Of a stretch of 64,000 nt of DNA, positions 11,098 through 22,215 are shown piece by piece. A program made the translations under genes and the position numbers. The DNA is taken from contig NC_043016.1 in assembly GCF_006345805.1 (NCBI RefSeq), positions 7,502,001 through 7,566,000 of the forward strand, given 5' to 3'. This stretch comes from Octopus sinensis. Its lineage: Eukaryota. A model generated the notes under the pieces. That model was given only the letters and a program-made list of their open reading frames with translations. It was not told the DNA's origin and did no database searches. Within the stretch, counting starts at the first letter, position 1. Each line of letters opens with the position of its first letter.

Positions 11098-13863
11098 CCT
11101 CCCGGTGAAGAATGTATCCCTCAGCATAGACTAATCATCAGTGACTTTAAGCTTGAGGCCAGAAGGACTCCAAGAAACAAACCAATCCAGAAAAGAAGGA
11201 TTTGGAGGCTAAAGAACCCTTCACTTGGTCAGAAATTTAGGGATATACTCATCAAGAAATTTGATGAGAGGGAGGAGGAGCTCCAGACGTCAGACATAGA
11301 AGGTAGCTGGGAATTCCTACGGGACAGCTTGCTGAGTGCCACAGACCGAGTCTGTGGATGGTGCAGAGTCCCTTCCAGACCTAGAGTTACATGGTGGTGG
11401 AACAGTGCAGTAGATAAAGCCATTAGTGCAAAGAGACGAGCCTGGAAAGCCTGGAGGGATGGGGGCAGCAGGGAACTGTACCAGGCAGCCAAAATGAGGC
11501 TGGGCGCAGGTATACATAGCCAAAGATGTAGCAGAAAAGAAGAAGTTTGCCAATGTCCAGCGACGTGAGGACCAAAGAGCTGAGGTATTTCGGATTGCCA
11601 GACAGTGTGTCAGAGAAAATAGTGATGTTACAGGAGAGAATGTGTCCGCATGGATGATGGGGCACTTGCTTTTACTGTTAGTGAAAAGAAAGAGGCTTGG
11701 AGAAGCCATTACGAAAGACTGCTGAACGAGGAGAATGAATGGGAGGAGGAGAGCCTGCCAAATGTTGACCCAGTAGAGGGACCAGCTACCCGGATAGACA
11801 GCTCCCTTGTAGATAAGGCAATTAAGGATATGAAACCAGGCAAAGCCCCCGGCCCATGCTGAGATGCTTAAAACAGCTGGCTATGTGGGCTATGGCATAG
11901 TCACCCGCATTGTAAACCGGGTAGTTCACAATGGAGTCATACCCAATGACTGGCATAGCAGCACCATAGTCAACTGCTACAAGGGTAAGGGTGATGCTCT
12001 AGATAGAAATAATTACAGGGGTATCAAACTGTTGGACCAGGTGATGAAGGTCACAGAGAGGGTCATAACCCTCTCATTAGGGAGAGAATTTGCTTAGATG
12101 AAATGCAGTTCGGTTTTGTGCCAGGTAGAAGCACCACTGATGCTATATTCCTGGTCCGACAACTGCAGGAGAAGTACCTAGCAAAGATAAACCCCTCTAC
12201 ATAGCCTTTGTGGACTTGGAGAAAGCCTTTGACAGGGTTCCCCGTTCCCTATGTGGTGTCGATGCGGAAGCTGGAGATTGACGAATGGCTAATAAGGGCT
12301 GTACAGGCTCTATACAGAGAGGCTGCCAGCAAGGTTAGGATTGGCAACGAATATAGTGAAGAATTCCGGGTAGAAGTAGGTGTGCACCAGGGCTCAGCCC
12401 TCAGTCCCCTTCTATTCATCATAGTCCTCCAGGCAATAACAGAGGAATTCAAAACAGGATGCCCCTGGGAGCTCCTCTATGCTGATGACCTGGCTCTCAT
12501 AGCAAATCACTACCGGAACTAGAAAAGAAATTTCGGGTGTGGAAGCAAGGGTTAGAATCAAAGGCCTTAGAGTAAATGTAGCAAAGACCAAAGTAATAGT
12601 AAGCAGCAAGGCGTACTCAGCACACACCCCCTTGGGTAGGTGGCCCTGCTCAATCTGTAGGAAGGTGCAGGTAGAAACTCCATAGATGCACCCAATGTAG
12701 CTATGGACACACAAGAGGTGCAGCAACATTAAAGGGAAATTAACAGATAAGATAGCTTTCATGTGCGGCAGATGCACAGGGACAATAGACACCACAGACA
12801 CTCAGAAAGCAGATTCCATCACACTCCAGGGAGAGAAACTAGAAGTAGTTGATAGTTTCCGCTACCTGGGTGACCAAGTTAGTAGCGGAGGTGGATGCAC
12901 AGAGAGTATCACCACTAGAATACGAATAGCCTGGGCAAAGTTCAGAAAGCTCCTACCCCTACTGGCGAAAAAGGGTCTCTCCCTCAGAGCGAAAGGTAGA
13001 CTGTATGATGCATGTGTGCGAACTGCCATGCTTCACGGTAATGAAACATGGGCTATGACTGCAGAGGACATGCGTAGACTTGAAAGAAATGAAGCTAGCA
13101 TGATCCGCTGGATGTGTAATGTCAGTGTGCACGCACGACAGAGTGTAAGCATCCTAAGAAAATGCTGGATATAAGAAGCATCAGATGTGGTGTGCAAGAG
13201 CGACGCTTGCGATGGTATGGTCATGTGCTGCGGATGGATGAGGAGAGATGTGTGAAGAAGTGCCACTCCCAAACAGTTGAAGGTATCAGGGGGAGAGGTA
13301 GACCCAGGAAGACATGGGATGAGGCAGTCAAGCTTGACCTCAGAGCATGGGGCCTCACCGAGGCAATGCAAAGGACCGACTCTGGAGATATGCTGTGACT
13401 GCAAAGACCCCGGCTGCTTCCTGTATCAGTTCCGCATAGCCCCTGCCCATTCAAAGTACCCCGGATCCCAGATCGTCCCGCTGTGCTTGAGGAGACCTGT
13501 TGAGTCAAGTACATGAACACTCTGAACACCCTTCCCCACTGGTGCTCCCCTATATTTCTGCACCACACCCCCCACATAAAAAGCTCCATCCGAACGTGGC
13601 CGATGCCAGCACCGCCCCGACTGGCTTCTGTGCAGGTGGCACATAAAAAGCACCAACCGACCGTGGCTGATGCCAGACCCCTCTGGCACCTGTGCAGGTG
13701 GCACGTAAAAAGCACCCACTACACTCGCGGAGTGGTTGGCGTTAGAAACACTGCCAGACCAGACTGGAGCCTGGGGCAGCCCCTGGCTCCCCAGACCCCG
13801 GTCGAAACCGTCCAACCCGTGCTAGCGCGGAAAGCGGACATTAAACGATGATGATGATGATGA
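11098..13863 (+). mobile_element. 5'-truncated, frameshifted RTE-clade LINE (endonuclease end, RT, PHD-like finger, C-terminus, 3' UTR, (ATG)n tail)
   Basis: QFGFVPGRSTTDAIF, FVDLEKAFDRV, GVHQGSALSPLLF, LYADDL, FRYLG, RRLRWYGHV and GRPRKTW are spread over several frames. Ends cggacattaaac(gat)n. Confidence 0.95.
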
Positions 13864-13989
13864 TATATATATATACACATATATATATACATATATACAT
13901 ATCTATATATACACTATACATATATATATATACACTATACATATATATAATATACACTATATATACATATATACATATATATTATACAC

Positions 13990-14020
<31 letters not shown>

Positions 14021-14490
14021 CATATATATATATACACATATATATATATACACCTATATATATATATACATATCTATATATACACATATATTATATATAC
14101 ATATATATACACATATATATATATACACATATAATATATACATATACATATACATATATATATATATACATATACATATACATATTATACATATAACGTA
14201 TATATATATATACATATACGTATATATATATATATACATATATACGATATATATATATATTACATATATACGTATATATATATATATATATACATATCTA
14301 CGTATATATATATATATACATTATACGTATAGATATAATATACCTATATACGTATATATATATATACATATATACGTATATATATATATACATATTATAT
14401 ACATATATATATATACACATCCATATACACACACATATATATACACATCCATATACACACACACACATATATACACACACACTAATATAA
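13864..14490. repeat. (TA/CA) microsatellite
   Basis: Direct inspection. Confidence 0.9.
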
Positions 14491-15180
14491 TATATTTACA
14501 GTAATCTGAACTTCTACAATAAATCTATAAGTGTATGCATGTATGTACATATATATATATACACACACACACTAATATATAATATATTTACAGTAATCTG
14601 AACTTCTTCAGTAAATCTAAGCTTGTCATATTTGCTTTGGATAAACTACATTAAATGCAGTCGTTAAGAACATGATTATTTCAAATAAAAGGTAAAAAAA
14701 GAAGAAAAGAAAAAATATCTAGATTGTCTTAGAGTGGAGTGAATAATCAAGTTTGCTAGTAAAAAGCAACCCATCTTTAACATTAGTATTGAATTACTTG
14801 CAAATATTTACCATTATTATACATGTACAATGGGCAACATTAAAGTTAATTAATTTGTCCAGTAGATGAATGCCTGACAAAATATTGTGGATCGATGAAA
14901 TTGATTAAACTTTTGGCATGGCCACAGCTAATGTAAAAGAACACACACACACACTTACATTTCTTTTTACTGGTTACAGTCATTGGACTGCAGCCATTCT
15001 GAGGCATTGCCTTGTAAGGTTTAATTGAATAAACCAACCTCAGTACTTACTTTTTAAGTCTGGTACTTATTCTATTGGTATTTTTTTTTACAGAACAACA
15101 AGAACATAAACAAACTCACATCAGTTGTCAAACAGTGGTAGGGAACACAAAGATGCACAATAGGGCTTCCACACAGTTTC

Positions 15181-15597
15181 TTATTTCTTTATTGCCCACA
15201 AGGAGCTAAACATAGAGGGGAAAAACAAGGACAGACAAAGGGATTAAGTCGATTACATCGACCCCAGTGTGTAACTGGTACTCTATTTATTGACCCCAAA
15301 AGGATGAAAGGAAAAGTCGACCTTGGCGGAATTTGAACTCAAAACAAAATGGCAGACGAAATACCTATTTCTTTACTACCCACAAGGGGCTAAACACAGA
15401 GGGGACAAACAAGGACAGACAAACGGATTAAGTCGATTACATCAACCCCAGTGTGCAACAGGTACTTAATTTATCGACCCTGAAAGGATGAAAGGCAAAG
15501 TCGACCTTGGCGGAATTTGAACTCAAAATGTAATGGCAGACGAAATACCGATAAACAGTTTGCCTGGCGTGCTAACGATTCTGCCAGCTCGCCGCCT
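15181..15597 (-). mobile_element. SINE family B tandem dimer
   Basis: One headed copy plus one headless unit, joined at aaagaaataggtatttcgtc (minus strand, 15356-15376). Confidence 0.85.
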
Positions 15598-16617
15598 TCT
15601 ACAGTTTCTATCAACCAAATTCACTTACAACGTCTTTGTTATCACAGGGCTATCATTGAAGACACTTGCTCAAGGTGTGCTGTGGTTGCAAAGCCACACC
15701 TGTATATAAAATTATGATGATACAATGGCTATTGACAACATGGTTTTGTATTCAAACCTTACCAGTACAACTAACACCACAAGCAGTATGTCATACTTTT
15801 GGACAACAAAATACACAAGCTGAACCCGATCAAGAAGGCCTATGATCAAAGGATTTCCAACCATGACAATCTGTTTTCTTTTGAAACTTAGTGATATGAT
15901 CCAGACTGCATTAGCCAATCTGTCCATTCCATGTTTTTCTTTGAAGAGAAGAGTGATAGAAGGAAGATATAACTGCTATTTCTAGCATGTCCAACAACTG
16001 TTTTGTCTTGAAATTTAGTGGTATAGTCTAGATTGCGTTAGCTAATTTATCCATCCTGTTTTTCTTTGAAGAGAAGAGTGATTCAAGAGAGATGTGATTG
16101 CTATTTCTAGCATGTCCAGCAACTGTTTTGAAGCTCTCTCTGGTTTATAAGATCAGTAAAATGCTTTTAGGAAGAGTAACCATAACAACAAACAGTTGCT
16201 TCAACAATTACCATCCTACCCTTGCTACCATGAAAAGAAATGCGTAAAAGAGTGCATAAAATAAAACTGAAGAAACATAATACATAGCAAATGTATCATA
16301 TGCATTGTAAAGACAAATAAATGGAAAGATAATTTACAAAAGCATGGAATATATACAATACCATGAAGAACATACTTCAGCATACCTCTTTACTTTTTTA
16401 CTGGTTTCAGTCATTGAATAGCAGTTGTACTGGCATACTGCATTGGTGGCTTTTAGCTATATCAACCCAAGTCGTTATTTAATGCTGTAAATGTTCATCC
16501 ACTGCATTGATGAGGACCACCTAGTCTTTTTTTTTAAGGAAGACTAAGGGCTTGTGCAGTGACTTTGCTTAAAGTGAAGAAGAGTTGTACATCAGCCTCA
16601 CTCTCTCATCTGTAACC

Positions 16618-16848
16618 TGTTTCTTTACTACCCACAAGGGACTAAACACAGAGGGGACAAACAAGGACAGACGGACAGATTAAGTCGATTACATCGACCC
16701 CAGTGTGTAACTGGTACTTAATTTATCGACCCCGAAAGGATGGAAGGCAAAGTTGACCTCGGCGGAATTTGAACTCAGAATGTAACGGCAGATGAAATAC
16801 GGCTACGCATTTTGCCCGGCGTGCTAACGATTCTGCCAGCTCGCCACC
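16618..16848 (-). mobile_element. SINE family B
   Basis: Full copy with TSD ctctca(t/g)ctgtaacc. Confidence 0.85.
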
Positions 16849-18443
16849 CTCTCAGCTGTAACCATCATCAATTCTGCGGCAAGACCATGGTAAGAAAACT
16901 GAGGATGGAAACAGATGTAGTAGACGACCAAGGTGTCTTATTTGCCTCATCTCGTTTTCTGCTGACCACAATGCTTTACTGTAACCACCTTTCTCTCTGT
17001 TGAGGGATGAATGCTTCTTTCATAGAATCTATGAGATCCAGTCTTCACATGCATAGGTAGGAAAGCTCTAAAATACTAATTAACCCATGACAGGGACCCT
17101 GACAGCTGCTGCTATTCTGAGTCAGAGTAGACCAAGGAACAACAAAGGCTAAAATGTGCTTCCACATTCCTCAAAATCCTAGAACTCCCAAACCAGAGGG
17201 TTATTACCAGATGCAGTTTAGGTTACATCAAGGGAGCAACTAATTCAATTCCAACAAACATAAACACAGACTCAAACTCACACATGCATTTCTGTATGGT
17301 TTCCATCAAGTAAACTCCAGTTACAGCCTGAGGCTACAGAAGACACCTGTCTAAGGTCTCACACAGCGTGGGACCAAAGCAGGAACTAAGTAATTGCAAT
17401 ACAGACTTACTAATCACATGGTCACGAGAGTCCTGAGTTTTAATCTTTTAGCATTCAGATTACTCTATGTAATAAAATGTAATGTTTATTTACTCACATT
17501 GTTTTGAATTAATCGTGCATTATCTTGTAGCTTTGAGATTTCAATGAAGTGTTTATTTTTAGGATGACAGTGTAGGGTAGGTGTGAGAGGCTTGACTTGG
17601 CCAGTTTGAACATAAAATAGGTAGAATATTTAGGACAGATGTGGCTGGTTTAATTCTCCTTAGAAACAATATTGAGTGAGGCCATTAAGAATTATGGAAT
17701 ACTCATGAATAACAAGGAAGTATGACAGACAAATGCTATGTCTGTAATGCTATGTCTTCAGCTGTTATAGCTTGGATTGTAGTTTCAAATATATATTTTT
17801 CAGTCATTATAGAATAATTATACCATTGGTGACAGTTATTGTTACAGATTCTTTTGGTAATTTATACTTGTAAAGCTTAGATATAGAACCAAACCAAATC
17901 AATGATTTTATTAATTTAGCAAAAGCTTCCATTATTGAATAAATCCCTTAAGAATAAGAAAAAAAAAAAAAAAGTTATTCTGATATATTTGTTTTGATTT
18001 ATGATGAACTTAAAGGAAATCGGTTTATAGAATTTATTCAAATTTAATCACAAAGTTTTTGTAGTCGATTTACTGGAAAATCTTTTCAGACTCAAGCAAA
18101 AATGGAACTGAAGAAAATATGTGATCATTTTAAGTAGACTACCGTATCTTAAAGCTATTACATTTATTCATTTTGATTCAGACCTTACAGCTAGCTTTTT
18201 ATCTGTGTTATCTCAACATCAGAAGCCAGTGTGTGTGTGTGTGTATCTTTACTCTTTTACTTGTTTCAGTCATTTGACTGTGGCCATGCTGGAGCACTGC
18301 CTTTAGTTGAGCACATCAACCCCAGGACTTATTCTTTGTAAGCCTAGTACTTATTCTAATGATCTCTTTTGCCAAACTAAGTTAGGGGATGTAAACACAC
18401 CATCATTAGTTGTCAAGCAATGTTGGGGGAACAAACAACACAC

Positions 18444-18489
<46 letters not shown>

Positions 18490-18490
18490 A

Positions 18491-19870
18491 CTGTAAAAGT
18501 AATATGTAATAATTATTGGGTAGCCAAGATAAAACTCCGAGTTTCGGATGCTGAGTGGAAATCCACACCACCATCTCTTCAGTTATCCGGCTATCGGAAA
18601 AACGCTATGACAAATGACCGCTATACAAGGGAAATTACTTTGTTATTGATCGCTAATAAGACAAAAGAGCTATTTGAATGACCGCTAATTAAGGAAAGGG
18701 GGTAAAAAGTTCATAGTATTTGCATAAGCGCGCCTGTTCATGCCTACACATGTGCGCCCACACACCCATATGCGTATGCATACATTCATCCACCCTCACT
18801 AGAAAACTGCACACATCTTCCCTCGCATCCATCGCCAAATGTATATGCATATACATACAAACTTACACACGCGCGCGCACACCGTAAAAGTTCATACATA
18901 CATCTACATATGCACAAGCACAAGAAAAAACAGGGTCAAGGGTAACAATACAGAAAAAAGGCATAAGGGAGTATACAAAGAGTAAACCACGTTTATATAC
19001 GCACATACCCTTATGCACACACACACACGCCCATATACGTACATACCCGCACACATCTATATACGCACACACACATGCACAAAAAAGATTATACATACGT
19101 CTAAAAAAAATACAGGAAAATGTGTAAAAACACTGAGTAAAATACGTCTATATACGCGTGTACTCACATGCATGCACACATCTATATACACACATACTGG
19201 CACACACGCACACATCCACACATGTGCACAAAGGATTCCATATACACATCTATATACGCACAGGGAAAAATGCAGGGTGGAAGGTAGAGTACAGAAAAAA
19301 TTATGTGTAAAAAATATCTATAAACCAAATTCTCTATAAATATATGTATAAAAAATATATAAATAAAATAAAAGTAAAAGGTATAATGAGATAAGAAACT
19401 TGTGTGTGGATACAATATAAAAAGCAAGTTCTATCTGTAGTCTCGGGGGGACCAAAAATGTAACAAAAATGTAACAAAAATTTGGCCTCATATGGACATG
19501 ATCCGAAAAGTTCAGTTCATGTAGTGGGGTCTAAGCTGCTTTTCCAGATGAGCCATCTTTCCATATCACATAGACCGCACTTTCCACTGCTGATGGTGTA
19601 AGGCTAACACTTGGCAAAGATCTTCCAATGGATGTTGTAACTGACACCTTTATCTTTTAATGACCATATAATGACTGGATAATTTGGTCGTTTTCCTTTT
19701 CTCCCAGTGCCTGAAGCTCAAGGTGTGATTATTGAACCTGGCCTTGAAATTAACTTCTGTAAGGCCCACGGATTTCTTCATCGAAACCATGTCTTTAGTG
19801 GGTATAGAGTCCACGGTAACTTCATAGATGATGGTCTCTGACATGCAAGCTCCTTTTAGCGGGCACAAAT
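18491..19870 (-). mobile_element. 5'-truncated Penelope-like element (GIY-YIG C-terminus plus ~1 kb 3' region with hammerhead)
   Basis: CPLKGACMSETIIYEVTV...VGLTEVNFKARFNNHTLSFRHWEKRKTTKLS, then YNIHWKIFAK...KCGLC...ELFGSCPYEAKFLL, matching invertebrate PLE GIY-YIG domains (Naiad/Neptune-like). Confidence 0.85.
18525..18590 (-). ncRNA. Type I hammerhead ribozyme motif, intact core
   Basis: GGATAA-CTGAAGA-GATG..CATC-C-GAAA-CTCGGAG-T-T-TTATCT: stem I, CUGANGA, stem II, GAAA, near-palindromic stem III and a GUU cleavage triplet. Confidence 0.7.
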
Positions 19871-19884
19871 TTACAAAACATCTT

Positions 19885-20068
19885 AGCGTTTTTCCAATGG
19901 TCGGATAACTGAAGAGACGGTGGTGTGGATTTCCACCTCCGCATCCGAAGCTCGGAGTTTTATCTTGGCTACCGAATAATTGTCATATATTACTTTTACA
20001 GATAAATTCCTCTATTTACATAATATCGAGATCTCTTTCTTTCTTTTGTTATCTTACTGTATTTATCA
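19885..20068 (+). mobile_element. Inverted PLE terminal repeat with hammerhead variant (19903-19965; GAAG instead of GAAA)
   Basis: Reverse complement of 18491-18610, sitting at the 5' truncation point of the PLE. Confidence 0.75.
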
Positions 20069-20075
20069 ATATATA

Positions 20076-20104
<29 letters not shown>

Positions 20105-20114
<10 letters not shown>

Positions 20115-20316
20115 TGCGTGCGTACCGTTGGCAAATTTTTTCCTCCATCTTCCCTTCTCTGGATCTTTCCTTTTCCTATGTTTCTGGCGAAGAGCTCTGC
20201 TCGAAATGTTAAACCCTTCTTCTTCCCTTCCTTCCTGAGCGTCCAATAATACTATATTTGTTCCATGTCCTTGCGTTGTTGTGTTTTCTCTTTGTGTTTT
20301 CATGTTTGGATTAACT
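20105..20316 (+). mobile_element. Short PLE-terminus-like element with a minimal, decayed hammerhead at 20180-20214
   Basis: GTTT-CTGGCGA-A-GAGC-tct-GCTC-GAAA-TG-T-T-AAAC. Stems I and II are intact; the core has A6>G and stem III has a CpG-type change. Confidence 0.55.
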
Positions 20317-20322
20317 ATATAT

Positions 20323-20422
20323 ATCAAAATAAGTAACAAAAATATCTTCCGTAATTTGGTACGATCGTTTCACACTATGATCGTACCAAATTACCAAAGA
20401 TATTCTTGTTGCTTATTTTGAT
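20323..20422. repeat. 44-bp-arm inverted repeat made from two PLE-type hammerhead 3' ends
   Basis: Arms 20323-20366 and 20379-20422. Minus strand reads GAAAC-GATC-GT-A-CCAAATT. A related terminus lies at 44028-44080. Confidence 0.75.
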
Positions 20423-20734
20423 TATAATCACCCCATGGATTTATATGGATAACATATATATATATGCACAAAATTCTGGTGCATCTGACTTAAGTACCAT
20501 ATTCATTTGAATCTAAATTTTGCTGAACTTTATATATATATATATATATATATTTATGATGGGATTCTTTCAGTTTCCGTCTACCAAATCCACTCATAAG
20601 GCTTTGGTTGGCCTGAGGCTATAGTAGAAGACACTTGCCCAAGGTACCACACAGTGGGACTGAGTTTGTAAGCAAGCTACTTACCACACAGCCACTCCTC
20701 ATATATAAATCATATATAAATATTTTATATGTAA

Positions 20735-21540
20735 ATGAACATAGGTTTATATAGGGACAATAGTCTGGGAGTGGCACGCAATAAAAATGACATGATATGG
20801 ATAGGATAAGGAAAAACTTATGCAAAAAATTTAGCCAATTCGGCCTAAGAACCACAATTAGTACCAACCTCAAAGAAGTCAACTTCCTAGATATTAAAAT
20901 GAATCTTAACACAGGCAAATTTAAACCCTACCTCAGACCAAATGAGGAAGCCACATACATAGACATAGGCTAACCACCCACCAGCAATCATTAAACAATA
21001 TTAGCAGGCACATCTCCAATCTATCCACTGAAAAAGACACTTTTGAAAAAAAATTCCCCATACTATAATGCTGTATTAGTAAGGGCCAACTTCAAGAATA
21101 GCATAAACTACACTGAACCAAAGAGGAAAATCTGATGGTTAAACCCACTTTATAGCATGAATGTAGCCACTAACATAGCTAGGAAATTCTTAAAATTCCA
21201 GCATTCATACAAATACCACAAAATCTTCAACAGAAACAATGTTAGCTATAGTTGCCTCCCCAGTATAGATTCAATAATACTCAACCACAATAAACACACA
21301 AGAAATACTCCTGAAAGACAATGTAACTGTAGATTTCCAAATCACTCTCCTCTAAATAACAACTGTCATGAAAAAGAACTTATACACAAGGCCAAAATTA
21401 CAGATCCCAAGAGAGTAACAAAGACATATATCAGAATGACAGGCAACTTTTTCAAGGAAAGGCACACACAATACCTGGCATCATCCAGAAACAAAAATAA
21501 AGGGCATGCAACATCCTTATCCAATACGATAAGGAGATAG
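20735..21540 (+). mobile_element. Penelope-like element RT-to-GIY-YIG fragment (pseudogenised)
   Basis: GLYRDNSLGV (YRDD-like), [64 protein letters not shown]. Confidence 0.9.
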
Positions 21541-21549
21541 AAAGGAGGA

Positions 21550-21619
21550 ATATATATACATACACACATATATACACACATATATATATACATACACACA
21601 CACACATATATATATACAC

Positions 21620-21650
<31 letters not shown>

Positions 21651-21765
21651 CACATACACATGCATATATATATATATACACATACACATGCATATATATA
21701 TATATATACACATACACATGCATATATATATATATATATATACACATATATATACATACACATGC

Positions 21766-21796
<31 letters not shown>

Positions 21797-22093
21797 TACA
21801 TACACATGCATATATATATATATATACACATATATATACATACACATGCATATATATATATACACATATATATACATAAACATGCATATATAATATATAT
21901 ACACATATATATACATAAACATGCTATATATACATAAACATGCATTATATATATATATATATATACACATATATATACATAAACATGCATATATATATAC
22001 ACATAATATATACATAAACATGCATATATAATACACATATATATATACATAAACATGCATATATATATATAGATATATATATATACATAAACA

Positions 22094-22133
<40 letters not shown>

Positions 22134-22137
22134 AACA

Positions 22138-22173
<36 letters not shown>

Positions 22174-22215
22174 AAACATGCATATATTATATATATATAT
22201 ATATATGTACAGACA
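21550..22215. repeat. Compound (TA)n/CATG micro- and minisatellite
   Basis: Repeated atatacacatacacatgcat and atatacataaacatgcat units. Confidence 0.9.

Noticed and set aside
11098-13863. Twister or HDV-like ribozyme in the RTE
   Set aside because: The 5' end is truncated and I found no twister-type motif in the window.
8270-14504. Many 100-220 aa Y/I/T/H/C/V-rich ORFs (also 21366-22352, 33647-34317, 45762-46524, 60110-60668)
   Set aside because: They are translations of (TA)/(CA)/(TG) microsatellites, open in several frames on both strands.
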